Of a stretch of DNA of 64,000 nt, positions 26,081 to 39,538 are shown in pieces. Origin of the DNA: the human T2T-CHM13v2.0 reference genome, Homo sapiens; assembly GCF_009914755.1 (NCBI RefSeq), contig NC_060931.1; one strand, given 5' to 3'. The first letter of the stretch is position 1. Each line of letters begins with the position of its first letter. Below the pieces are notes generated by a model. The model was given only the letters and a program-made list of their open reading frames with translations. It ran no database searches and was not told the origin of the DNA. The position numbers were made by a program, and so were the translations under genes.

Positions 26081-28077
26081 GTACCAACCTTTGCAAGCCT
26101 TCCTTTTCATCATTCAAAATTTCATAATCCTCTCTAGAGGCTAGGTGACTTTTTGTGTGTGTGAAAGTACATATCAGATGACCTAGTGTAGGATGAGTAT
26201 TCGAGAGCACTCAATGGAAATGTTTTTATTCTATGATGTTAAAATAATAGATGATAGTACTTTTTGTGGCATAGATAAAATTCATTACATGAAATATATC
26301 AAGCGAGCCAAGAAAAATCTAGGTACTGATTATATTTATAGATCTTGAAGCAACTGTGGTGTTCCATAAACATTTAGAATTATTTATATAGCCCCCCTCT
26401 AAGTTCAATTTTTATGCTATTATGATTTATGCTGCTCATGTTTTCTCATTAAGGGGTTTTCTGACTTCACTCTGAACAACTCTTCCCAGACTGACTAGGC
26501 CATAAAATACGGGACTCATTTTCTTTAATTTATCGTTTATGGTCTGGATAATCCTCTGTGTATCTCATTGTGATCGACTGCCGTTCCAGCAGAGCAGCCA
26601 CTCTGAGGGTCTTGGCAGAGCCTGAGAATCTAGGAAATTTGGAGCCCTGGGCTGCCTTGAACACTGACCGCCCTTACATTTACCCAGATCTAGGCACACG
26701 TTTAAGTCGCATCAACCAAAATTTGTTAATTGCCTTCATTTGCCCAACCTTGCCACTGAGTAGAAGCCAAAATTTGAGGTCCTTCAGGCTTGGGTTATTC
26801 TCTTAACTTGCTCCTTTTGTTCAAGGATTGGTAAAATTTCACATTTAAGGGCATGCATTTCTTCCCACGTGTTGTCAGGACCAGGCTACTTCTCCCCTTT
26901 GTTTTCTATGGTCTGTCAAGCACACTGCATCCTGAAATAAAGCCACAGCTGATGGCAGAGGTAAAAACTATGAAAAGTGAATGGCATGAAAAAGACTTAA
27001 GGAAAAAGGAAGGACTCCAGGAGTGCAGAAACAGCTAATGAAAAATCAGAGACCTCTGTCAAGACCATTAGATATAAAAGTCCAAAATATCAATAACTTA
27101 AAGCTAGTTTTAAATAAAAAATAATCCAATTCAGTAGCTTTTCTCTTCTAATAGCCTTGATTATGATTCAATGTAACATTTCAAAATTATAGTTTGGAGT
27201 TTCAAAGCCTTAAAAAAAGTCAGCATTCACTGAGGGCAATAAATGAATTAATTGTTTAGTTTAGTCTTGGCTTTGACATATTATGAAATAACTCATTGAA
27301 CAAGTCCCTCCTGAAAAAGTTACTTAGAGAAGAATCAGTGGACTCGAAAGTAGAGTTTCATTTTGTGCACAGATCATGGCACCTGTAATACATCTCACTT
27401 TCTATCATTTGAGAAAATGGGAAACAGAAAGAAGCAGTAAGCTCATTTAAAGCAAAGGAAGAAAGAATGGGTGATTCAGGCATTTTACCCTGAAATTTAT
27501 CAATCCGTGGGCAGCCTAATGGGGAGTCCTGAGGGAGGAACCATTTACACAGAGAGATTTATTGAGCCAGCCACCGTGGCATGTGTAGGAGCTAATGAAG
27601 ATGCTAAGAGGAAAGAATTAGCTTCAGGACCAGAGAGTGGAGCTCATTTCAGGTAAGAAACCAAGTTCCATTAAATGCAGAAAATAAAAAATAACAGAGA
27701 CTATGGATGATATTTTAACTTCAAAAATTGGAGCTGTTGGTATTTGGGATGTAAATCAATTGACAGTACAAGATGGGGTTTGACTGTAACTAGTCAAAAA
27801 TTTAAAAGTGGAATGTGTAGAATGTTTCAGCTGGTTACTGACAGTGAATTCCATGCATATCTGAGATGGGAGGTACAGAAATGTCGATTGCAGGAGGCAG
27901 AGAAGTATTGCCCACACCTCTGGCATCCCAGCATCCTATGGGTCCTACTTCTGTTTTCCAAGCCAAAGGCTCTGCAGAACATTCAAAAAAAGAATTGCAA
28001 AACCCTAGTTTAGTTGTTACCTTCCAGTTCTGCAGAACTGTGACCAGTCTGTATGTGTGAGCTTGCATTTCTACATT

Positions 28078-28350
28078 TGTTTTTTAAATTTTTAAAAAAT
28101 TATGGATATGCAATAATTGTACATAGGTACATATGATATTTTGATAAAAGCATTCAATGGATAATAATTAAATAAGGGTAATTGGGGTATCCATCACTTT
28201 GAGCATTCATCATTTCTTTGTGTTAGGAACATTCCAATTCCACTATTTTAGTTATTTTGAAAGACACAAGAAATTATTGTTAACCATAGTCTCCCTACTC
28301 TGTTACTGAATACTAGATCTTATTCTTTCTGTTTTACTGCATTTTTGGAC
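28078..28350 (-). mobile_element. L1MA-type 3' end
   Basis: gggtaattggggtatccatcac...tttctttgtgttaggaacattccaattccac...actagatcttattc. Confidence 0.85.
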
Positions 28351-29599
28351 AGAAAAATTGTTCTCAGTGACTACTTTGCTGAACGATAATAATCTTGACC
28401 TTTCAAACCATGCTTTTTTCAGCTAATTTTTCTTTATTTTTCACTCGGTAGTTTGGGCAATTGTGTTACAGTAACCTTTTTTGGTGCTACTGTTTTATAA
28501 TTAAGATAATTTCTCTGTGGTGAGGTTTCTAATGAAATCATTCAAGAAGCAGTTATCGAGTGCTCGCTGTGTTCCGAGTGCTGCTTCCTCCCAATTAGCT
28601 GCGCTGAAGACGAGGATTGTAGGAAATGAGGGAGCATCTGGCACCGGAGATGCTGACTCCCAGGCCCACCTCCAGGCCATGCTGGCAGGTGAGCAGCTCC
28701 ATTTGAGATGGCCAAGGGGAAAAGGTTTTCATGGCAGAGACAGGTTTCAATCAATGTCAGCATTGGCAACATAATATAAGCTCTAGGGGGACTTCTGCTG
28801 TTGAATTATTTCTTAGGGATAAATACCCAAGAGTTGGATTAATAGTTCAAAAATTAATAACTTTCTCTTAGCTCTTGAAATGTATTACCATTATGTTTTC
28901 CAAAATTGTACCAATTTGCAACATTATTGAGAAGGAATTAGTGCGGTTCTGTTGTCTCATTTTGGATTAAGTCCTAACACGTATTTAGATTTATGTTAAT
29001 TTAATAGGTATGAAATTGAATTTCTTTGTTGCTTAAATTTCTGTGCCTTCATTACAAATGTTCTTGGACATTTTCCATGTGTTTCTTTATTGTTTCTATT
29101 TCCTAATTTGTTATGGTTCCACTCATAATAATTACTCATTTATCTATTGGAGTTTTGATAATTTTCTTGCAATTTTAGAAGCATTATTATTATGAAAATG
29201 ATACTTGCTAATTGTAAAACAGCAAATACTTACAGAGAAGCATAAATAAAAGGTGAGATGCTTCCATTCTACAGAGGCCTGATGCTGTTTATGAGGGAAC
29301 AAGAATACAGACACGCTCGTTTCCCGAGGATAGCAGGGAATAAGGGAGAAAGACTTAAAAGTCCCACTTCCTAGTTAACCGCCATGAAGTGGTAACAATT
29401 TGTGTTACCAATTTTGCAAATAATTGTCCATTTTGTTTTTGTGTCCTTTTTATGGAGTTTGTTTTTTCTATGCAACAGTCACTTTTTTGGTTATAAAATC
29501 TATCAAAGACACTTAAAAGTGACTTGGACTGGAACATAAAATTGTTTAAGTTCTGTGGGATCATTGCAAACTCACGCTCCATTGATGTCTGACAGAGTC

Positions 29600-29893
29600 T
29601 TATTTGACTAAAGAAATGTGACTAGCAGTGGTGTTGCAATATTCAAGTAGAAGCTTTGAGACATTGTGCGGTTCTACCATGTTCTCTTTTCTTTATCCAT
29701 GGCGTTGGAAATGTCTTCACAGGGCCTACTCCTTCACCAGGACTGTCAGATAAATACTAGCAGAACAGCAACCAGCCACTGTGCAATGTACATGTAGCAG
29801 GAGGAAGAAATGCATGTTTTGCTTCTAGAAGTCATTGAGATTTTAGGGATCGTTTACTAGCACCATGTAACTTAGTCTAAGCTTCCTGATAAA
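29600..29893 (+). mobile_element. Old MLT1 LTR fragment
   Basis: accatgttctcttttc...acatgtagcagg...cattgagattttaggg...taacttagtcta resembles an MLT1K/L 3' end. Confidence 0.55.
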
Positions 29894-31879
29894 GTCACAT
29901 TCCTTCTAAATGGCATTTCATAATTCCCAAGTTTCTTATTCTTTGCTATGCATTTGTGTTGCTGTTGTAAACAACATGCCTTGTTTTATTCTGTTTTCTT
30001 CTGGACCATTGTTTATACAATGCAGTGATTTGTACTTATTTTTTTATGTTGCAAAACCAAACATCTGCACTATGAACAATATCTTTCAGTTCCTCATTTC
30101 TTCCATAATGTCCACTACTAGGTAGCCACAATTCCTTACATGCCTAATAGGTCCCAAAGTTAAGTCTAACAGACCCCTTGTTTGAGCACCAACAGTATAC
30201 TGTGCATCTCAGCCTGGATTTTTATAAGTTCATCAGTGAACCATAAAAAAATGAATTCTTGATATTACTCCCCGATACTATTATCTGCCCAGGTTTTCTA
30301 TCCTAGGTAACAGCAGTGGCAGCACGGAGTCACCTAAGCCTTGAATGCAGGAACTCTCCTTTGTCCTCTCGTCTGCTTGCCATTGAGCCTCACCTCCTCC
30401 ACTTTCTACCTCACTAAAACAGGCCACCATCTCTACATCTACATGGTAGCTGCCTTGTTTCAGTCTCTTACCTTTAATCACTTACATAGCTACTTTCTTC
30501 TCAGCTATCTCTAACCCTTTTTTCTTGTTAACGTCATTACCAAAGTGATTTATCTACAGCTCATTTTTAATTACTTTGATTTATTTTCTATGGTTTGCCA
30601 TTGTTTCCAGGATAAAGTCATTGAATTGTATTTTGTGCTAATTGACAAGAGCATTTCAGTTTTGTGATTGCATTCCCTATTATTTGAGGTTCAATAGACT
30701 TAACAGTGAAAAACAGGCAAGGCATGGCATATTTGCCTAGCAGGGTACCATCTCCTTGGGAGTCAGCACAAGCAACTGGGGTATGTAATACCATTAGAAA
30801 TAAATCGTGATTTCTCTTGGCTGCCCGTGACAATGCAACACTCGGCTAAAACAGTTGATATTGACCTAGTGCCATATGCCTTTCATGGGTTATGATACAC
30901 AGTTCTTAGTCACAAGAAATTATGAACCCTGAAACACTCACTCTTGCCTAAAATTCCCACTGAAGTGCTCTTGTATCTCTTGGGAGTCACTAACAACAGC
31001 TTGCCATGATCAACATGCACACAGGATTGGAAGGCTGCTTTCCTCCTCCTGGAAGAGCAAAAATATAATTGTAGACTTCAGGGATTGGCCACATTATGAT
31101 TTGTAAGACCTCCCATGATATAGTTAATATTTACTTATCCTGCCTTATTCTCAGTCATTCTGCCTTTTCATTCAGCAATATTAAATTGTCTAGAATTAAC
31201 TGGTTTTTGCTCATATCTCCTCGCCTTGTGCCATTACATGAACTTTCCTTTTTACTTAGGATGTCATTCCTTCTCTTTTCTGTCTGGTAAATGCCTCATC
31301 ATACATCAGTTTAGTGCAAAGACCAGGTATCACACACCACACCACCCCACTCCCATTCCCCTGAAGCATGATAATCTCTACACGCCTTCTGTATTTATTA
31401 TACATTCACGGTGTATTTTGCATAGTTATCCACATATTTATCTCCTTAATGAGGTTATGGACTCTTTTCAGAAAAGCTATTTGGTTTGATTCATCTTGTC
31501 CAAATAGGCACTCAATAAAATGCTTGCTGTTTAAAAGAAGAATGAGGGCAAAAATAGGGAACCTTTTGGCCTCTATATTGAAAAACTCAAAGAAAAACCA
31601 TTTCTATATTGTTAAAATGCTCTAAAAATATCTACCAGGTCCATATAGTAGTTCTAATAATCAAAGGGAAGTTACCTAATGAAAACAGCTGACTAGTTAT
31701 AAAGGAAGTATCATTTATTATTTGCCAGTCTTTTGACTTTTATTATGAAAATGTTAAGCACATAGAAAAATAGAGAGTATAATAATGTACACACTCATAT
31801 GCAGATTTAAGAATTGATATTTTTTTACATAAGTGCTGTATTTTTGCTGAAATATTTTAAAATAAGTTCTATTACATCT

Positions 31880-33968
31880 GTTTAGTTGTTGAATTGGTTA
31901 GGTCCCATCGATTGATGGTATTCTTGAATTCTTCAATGTTCATGCTTATTTTCTGTCTAGTTGTTCTATCAGTTGTTGACACAGGATTTGCTGTTTTCCT
32001 TTACAGTTAATGAATTTGTCCATTTCAGTTTTCAGTTTTGTTTTATGCATTTTGCATGTCTTTTGTTCATTGCATACACATCTAATATTGCTATTACTTC
32101 TTGGTGTATCAGCCCTTTTTTCACTATATGTATCCCTCATTGTGTTGGCTAAACTTTTTTTTCTGAAATCTACTTTATTTGATATTATATAATGAATCCT
32201 ACTTTCCTTTGATTAATGTTTATCTGATAGATCATTTTCCATGCTTTTGCTTAAAACCTGTCCAGATTGTTAACATTTGAAGTCAGTTTTTTAAGGACAA
32301 CACAAATGTTAAAACTTTTGTAAGGCCAGGCACGGTGGCTCACACCTGGAATCCCAGCACTTTGGGAGGCTGAGTTGGGAGGATCGCTTGAGCCTAGGAG
32401 TTGGAGGCCAGCCTGAGCAACATAGGGAGACTCCATCTCTACAAGAAGAAAAAAATAGTTGGGCATGATTGTATATGCCTGTGGTTCCAGTTACTCATGA
32501 GGCTTGAGGTGAGAGGATCTACTTGAGTCCAGAGGTCGAGGCTGCAGGAGCTGTGATTGCACCACTGCACTCCAGCCTGGGTGACAGAGTAATACCTTAT
32601 CTCAAACAGACAAACACTTTTATAACATCTTATATAAGAAATAGTTTTCCTAACACTGTATAATATAGAGAGCTTCCTGAGGCTGTCTTCATTTTCTTTT
32701 GATTTTTTTAAAAGTATAGCTTCTATCTGTTGTTCAGACTGTAATTTCTATTGTTCTATTTTTATTTTGCTAATTCTTTCTTCTGTCCCCTCCATTCTGC
32801 TGTTGAGCTCATTAACTGAGTATTTTCTTTTCTTTATTGTATTATTTAGTTATAAAATCTCCATTTCACTCTACTTTACCTCTTCTTCTATTTCTTTGTT
32901 GAAATTTTGAACTTTAAAAGTTTATTTAAGCATGTTTGTAATTGTTTGTCAAAGCATATTTATGATAGCTGCTGTAAAACCTTTGTCAGATGCTTCTAAC
33001 ATCTCATCATCTTGGTGTTGGCAATGACTAATTCTTTTTTTCATTTAGCTTTCTTATGTTTCTTGATATCATGAGTAATTTCTAACTGAAATTAGACATT
33101 TTCATATTGCGTTATGAGCATCTGAATCTCATTTAAATGTTCTGTTTTAGATGGTTTTGTTTGGCACTGCCTCACTACTGCCATGTGGATAGAGGTGTTC
33201 AGGTTCCTCCTTCAGTTCCCCCTGACACCTGAGGGAGAATTCCCTTTATTCTGAATGCGAATTCTTGCTCCCCATGTGATCTTCACTCACAATGTCTTGA
33301 GGGTGGTCTTTTTACTATTGGATGATGGGGAAAGTTTAGACTCCTCACGAGTCCTCCTCTGGCACCACCCTCGTGGAGAAGGGCATAGAAATTCAGGTTC
33401 CCCATGTGATACCCACTAATATTCTCAGGATAGAGGCAGCTCCCTAGTTGATCTTCTCTGACTTGACCTTGCAATGGATGTTGGAGTAGTTCATTATAGT
33501 CTTGCTAGGGTGGCAGTCTAAACTCCACACTCAGCCTTGCAGTATGGATGAAGATAGTGCCATCGTTTTTTTCCATGGTTTCCTTGCTTATTATGCAAAA
33601 GTTTTCCATCTTGCTCTCTTTCCCCTTTCCTACACCTTTGGCTAGAAAGAGCAGAGCTTTTATTGGCGCTGTCTTTCTTCATGTCCCTTGGCATTTCTGG
33701 TTTACTGACTTCTTCAGCTCCAAGTCAGGGATATATGAGACGAAAAGAAAACCTAGAGAACTTACTGCCCTGTAGTTGCTTGGATCCCAACATCTCTGGA
33801 CAACCTGCCTTCTTCTCTACACCTCTAAACACAGAATTTTTCTGTGTTTATTTTATATATAATGTCCAGGAATTTTACCTGTACTTCAAGTTAGTTGAGA
33901 CTACGTTTAGTTGTGTAGGAGGAATATAAAAAACTATGACTGTTCCATTTTTCTGGAAACAGAAGCCT
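31880..33968 (-). mobile_element. Old L1M fragments (ORF2 start, ORF1 and 5' UTR region), interrupted by an Alu
   Basis: ctagttgttctatcagttgttga and aaatctactttatttgatatt are reverse-complement endonuclease-region text; ctccattctgctgttgag is ORF1-like; the 5' end is ...ggaaacagaag. Confidence 0.7.
32324..32612 (+). mobile_element. AluJ
   Basis: ggccaggcacggtggctcac...ggatcgcttgagcctaggag. TSD-like actttt(g/a)taa on both sides. Confidence 0.93.
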
Positions 33969-34339
33969 CTTCTCTCCTTTCTTTTCTTTTCAATTTACCG
34001 AAGAATCTTGCTATGCTGAAAATCAAGGAAACTCTCAAAAACAAACAGGATACGGACAAAGGGAAACAGGAGCTAGACTGCAGGAGACTCTATGGGGCAA
34101 AGCAGGGACAATTAGGATATCAAGGAAAAGAAGGCGACTGTGATTGACGGAGACACAATAAAAAGATTCTATCTGTGAGTGAGTGTGTGCATTCCTTCAT
34201 TCTATAATTATATTCACAAAATAGAAAGCCACACACACACACAAAATCAAGATTGTATCTGACATGATTGGAGGTGACTACACTGACTCCTTTCTCTGAA
34301 AATATATAAAGGAAAGAAATTAGTACTAAACTGCTTTTC

Positions 34340-34930
34340 CAATACAACTGTATTTCAAGGTAACCAAAAAGGTTAATTTCTTGGCCAAAAGCTCTTGATA
34401 TAAATATAAAAGGAATTATTGAATATAGTAATTCCCACTTTACAAATCCTAATGTAATAATTGATTCAAGCAGTCATCATCAGGGGGCGATAGGATCATT
34501 CTGTGAAAGTTTGTCAGAAAATGGAATGTTCACATTGTGCAAAATTATCATTTCACATATCATTTTCTCATCCTGAGTAATGCAACACAACTTCAAAGGA
34601 GAGATCTGCCTGTTAGTGGCTTAACCAGAGATTAATCTCAGCATCAGTACTAGTTACCTTATGTCACTGTGTGTGCACTCTGATGTGATGTAAATGAAGT
34701 ATTTAGCAGCACCTGTGAAAGACTCTTTCTAAAATCTATAACCTGATCTAGTCAAGTCTTTAGATGTAATTTTCAGTTGACAATACATGTAAAAGACAGG
34801 AGAACAAGTCAATATATGTAAAAGACAGGAGAACAAGTTAAATGACATCAGGATGAAATCAGAAAAATCCCGAGGGGGTGTCACTGTGTAGCACAGATAG
34901 GTGGTCTTTTCAGCAAGTCCATATATTGGG
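34340..34930 (+). mobile_element. L1MC4/L1ME-type 3' UTR fragment containing a 29-bp tandem duplication (34781-34838)
   Basis: atcctaatgtaataattgattcaagc...ggagagatctg...gaacaagttaaatgacatca. Confidence 0.6.
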
Positions 34931-35309
34931 TAGGAGGATAGTGTTATTTATGAGAGCTTCAGTATAGCTTGGTCAAAGCGCTTTCAGTGGCTGTTAAATA
35001 CTCAATTTGACCATAGTAATATATTCTCAAGGATAAAAGAACCAGTGATACAAGACATTCAATATTTCCTGATAATCATCTTTATGTAGAATTGATCTCC
35101 ATAAAGAAGAAAGGTGAGATCATGAAATGGTTATGGCCTCCCTTTAGAGTCTAAAAAACATACTTTGGAAAATCACACAACTAATTTTCAAAGGGATGCT
35201 TTAGGACTTGTTTCTTTTCTTATCCTGGGTGAGATGGTCTTGATACGCAAATGATCAGAAGACGCAAATTCTGAAGAGTTCCAGCGCTGCCATTCGCTAT
35301 TTCAGAGGT

Positions 35310-35550
35310 AACTGTCAGCATGCTAGAGAGCACAGGTGCTGGGTGCAAACTCCCCAGATCTAACCCCAGCTCCCAGGTGTTAACTGTGCCCTTTGGCAAT
35401 TTACTAAATCTCTTTATGCTCCAGTTCTTCATGCATAAAATGGAGATAATAATAGTACAAATATCATAGGGTATATTGAGAATTAATAATATATGTAAAG
35501 CAGTTAGAAAAAGACTGCCACATATGATGACAATTTTCATTAATATTGCT
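35310..35550 (+). mobile_element. MIR
   Basis: ctgtgccctttggcaatttactaaatctctttatgctccagttcttcatgcataaaatggagataataatagtac matches the MIR core. Confidence 0.8.
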
Positions 35551-36179
35551 GTCAGCACCAATCCTACAATTGAGTCAGGCCAGACAAAATTTATCCAAAA
35601 TGTGCCCTCTACTCTTACGTTCAAGCCTTTCTTCTTCCCAAAGAGGCCTGAGACTCTATGCTATTGACTTTCAGCACATTCTTAGGGCTCTGCTCAAATG
35701 TTGGTCTCTTTCTGAAGTCGTCTGTACTACCTTCATCTGGAAAGTGATCGTACTTTAGCTCATGCATAAGGATTTGTTACTACCTCTTCTATGATATTCA
35801 TGCAGTTTTATTTGGTATTGTAGTTATCATCTCACTTAGCATGCCTTATGTGGTGGGAGCAATTTGATTGATTTAATTTTTAATTCATTGAATTCTTTCA
35901 ACACCACTCCTGCTTCTTTTTCTTACTCATCCCTTTTATATTTGGGGGAAGCTGTGGCACAAAGAGGTTCTCTAATATGCCCAAAGTCATTGCTCGGAAG
36001 GGGTGGAGCTGGGATTTGAACACAGTCTATTGTGGATGTTGAGCAGAGAACTGTACTGTACAGGAATCCTGAAGGCAAGGACAGTCCTAGAGAGGATAAT
36101 CAGGTAACAGCAGAGCTATTTCCATCCGAGACCTCCACTCCTTTCAGCCACACAAATAAGCATGCTGTAAGGTAGAACA

Positions 36180-36518
36180 ATGAGGAAGCTGCTGACATGT
36201 TTCAAAGCCTGTGTCCCCTTCTCTATGTTGGGGAAACTATTTGACCCAATCGCTTCCCATAGGTGCCACACAAAAAAGAGGTGGTCAGAGCCATCAGCTT
36301 TATGACAGTTCCTGGCCCTCACCCAACATATTTACCTTTCTCTCCTCAGTTTAATGTGTGCTGTGTTGGAGAACATCTTACCTAGGAAGTCCTATTTGAA
36401 CATAATTGTGCAGCAGCAAATGTGAACTTGAAGTAAAATCTTGTATTACGTGAGCCCTGAAATGCAAATCTAGACTTATTTATTCCAAATTCTCAAGCCA
36501 AAGTGATTAGAGAAGCAC
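36180..36518 (+). repeat. 339-bp local duplication, copy 1 (partner 38531-38868)
   Basis: About 92% identical to 38531-38868 by manual alignment (about 26 substitutions and 1 indel). Confidence 0.97.
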
Positions 36519-37849
36519 ACACCTTGCAGGTTAGATCCCAGGGGACCCTACTGAAAAAAGCAGCTGAGCTTTATTGATGCATAAATCTTGGCTATTACTT
36601 TCTTCTGTTTCTAAGTGATGGATTCAGCATTTGGCATTATGTTTGCTTTGTTTGCTGAGAAGCTTCATCAATTGCTTTTCATTTGTTAAAAAGTTCAACA
36701 ATCAAAACAGATGACAGGTAGGTAAAATGAATTCCTCTCATAGATTTTTGAAAGTCTAATTAGATGGATATTTTCAGATGTTGTTAGAATTCAAGGACAT
36801 TGACCTTTTTAATTGAGAAATGAAATCAATTGTATTGGAAATGTCTTCCAGGTCTTTGATAAATTATGGGCTATCCTCGCTTGACAACTACTTACCATAG
36901 AAAATGGGGAAAAATTTAATTCACTAGCAAACTGTAATTCACATGATTCCCTCTGAGTAATTTTATACAAAGCCACATTGAAAATCATATTGGGCTTGGC
37001 TCCTTCTTTTGGTTAATGAAATCCCACTCACGTGGATTGTGTCATAGGTGAAGAGCGTTCACCTGGGACCACATGATTTCAGTCAATCTGTTTGGTGATT
37101 GACTGGCCTATACCCAACAACCCTGGTACTGAGTATGTCTGATAACTCAGACTTCTCTCCACCGGCTTCCCTCCCGGTGCATGAATTTTTGATGAAGTGA
37201 ATTATTTGTTTACAAACTTGTATTGAAGGTACTGATACTATAACGCATTATCAGCAATACTGTGGGTACCTATGTGAACTTTGCTGCTTTGTCATGGTTC
37301 AACACAGCACTCCACGTCATGGCCACATGTTCTGTGCCGGCAGATCAGGACCCTTGTAAGCATCACTTCCTTCTTGCTCACTGATCTCCCGCCCCACTGG
37401 CCTGCTTGGCCACACTTGCTGTTTTCTCTCCCTTGAGCCCTCTGGTGCTTCTTTCTTCTGTAACCGTTTTATACAACTAGCTCCCATAGATCCCACATAC
37501 AAGCAGAGGTGTTCAGCATCACAGCTGTGGGCAGCACTGCAGCTGTTCCTGCCTCTCCCTGATTCCTAACCTTCCATCCTACATGCGATTCTCTCTGGAG
37601 TTCGACCTGTGTTCCATCACCAGATCGTCTCCCCGAGAAAGTCCTGTTTGAACGTGTCTCTGCAACATAACTGCTTCACCCCTTGACCTTGCCTTCTTTT
37701 TCTTATGCCCCTTCTACCATCTGACAGTTATGGTTAGTTGTTCATTAGTCTTGTATGTGACACGTTGCCATTCTTAAAGGCAACCACCTTTCTGCTCCTG
37801 TTCACTGTTGAATCCCCAGTCCCTATGATGGTGCCTGGAACATGATGTG

Positions 37850-38040
37850 GGCCTCTTACTACCTATGCAGCCTTGGGCATGCCATTTAACCTGCTGGACT
37901 CATCTGTTTAATGGGGAGACTATTAGTACCAACTCATTGCAATGTTGTGAATGTTAAATTTATTATTATAGGAAAAGAGTTTGGAAAATTACCAAGCTCT
38001 TAGGAAATTGAGCTCACAATAAATATTAGCTATTATAATT
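37850..38040 (+). mobile_element. MIR
   Basis: ccttgggcatgccatttaacc...ctcatctgtttaatgggg...aataaatattagctatta. Confidence 0.7.
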
Positions 38041-38299
38041 ATTTCCATAATGTCTTTTAATTTTCAAAGTAATTCCCATTTATTATATTGTTAAATTATT
38101 GTAACAATTTTCAGAGGCAGAAAAGCATTTAAAAGATGAACACACTGAGGAAAGGGGGATGCTATGTATTGAGCTAGGACAGCACAGGCTGGCCCCACAG
38201 CTCTCCTAGTCCCTACTCTCCCAGTCCCTAACCTGGCCTTTCACAGTTCTCTTCATTCTTCATCTTTCAAGTTAATAACAACAACCCCTTCTTTTCCAA

Positions 38300-38341
38300 A
38301 ATGATACCTCTGACTCAGATCACCTATTCCTCTTGGGTCAT

Positions 38342-38413
<72 letters not shown>

Positions 38414-38525
38414 TATAATATATATACATATATTAATAATACATAATACATATTATATATATATAAATATATATACACATATAATGACCCAAGAAGAATG
38501 GGTGATCTGAGTCAGAGGTATCATT
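38300..38525. repeat. 46-bp inverted repeat (38300-38345 / 38480-38525) enclosing a (TA)n(CA)n microsatellite
   Basis: The arms are 44/46 complementary. A third, direct copy lies at 38944-38990. Confidence 0.97.
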
Positions 38526-38530
38526 ATATT

Positions 38531-38868
38531 ATGAGGAAGCTGCTGACGTGCTTCAAAGCCTGTGTGCCCTTCTCTAGGTTGGGGAAACTATTTGACCCAA
38601 TCACTTCCCATAGGTGCCACACAAAAAGAGGTGGTCAGAGCCATCAGCTTTATGACAGTTCCCAGCCTGCATCCAACATATTTACCTTTCTCTCCTCAGT
38701 TCAACCTGTGCTGTGTTGGAGAACTTCTTACCTAGGAAGTCCTATTTGAACATAATTGTGCAGCAGCAAATGCGAACTTGAAGTAAAATCTTGTATCATG
38801 TGGGCCCTGAAATCCAAAGCTAGACTTAATTATTCCAAGTTCTCAAGACAAAGTCATACGAGAAGCAC
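38531..38868 (+). repeat. 338-bp local duplication, copy 2 (partner 36180-36518)
   Basis: atgaggaagctgctgac...gagaagcac is repeated from 36180. Confidence 0.97.
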
Positions 38869-39144
38869 TTGTCTCTGCCATAGAACTGCTTCATATCTTC
38901 ACCTTGTCTTATTTTTCTTGTCTGGTATGAAAATATATCATTTTGATACCACTGACTCAGATCACCTATTCCTCTCGGGTTGTTATATATATATATGTTT
39001 TGGCTACCTTCAGGCTTCAGGCTTCTGAGTTACTAAAGCTTTCTGGATTTTGATATCCACATTTAAAATATGTTTGATATGTAGTGTCTCTACTAACTTT
39101 GATAAGGTTGAGGATGATAACGATGATGATGATAAGTATGATGA

Positions 39145-39538
<394 letters not shown>

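Noticed and set aside
28517-28774. 85-aa ORF with a CAG|GTGAGC donor and a few CpGs
   Set aside because: There is no good upstream acceptor or known protein similarity, and it is too short and CpG-poor to be an island.
38300-38525. Inverted repeat as a pre-miRNA or MITE
   Set aside because: The loop is about 134 nt of microsatellite, there is no TSD, and a third local copy points to rearrangement.
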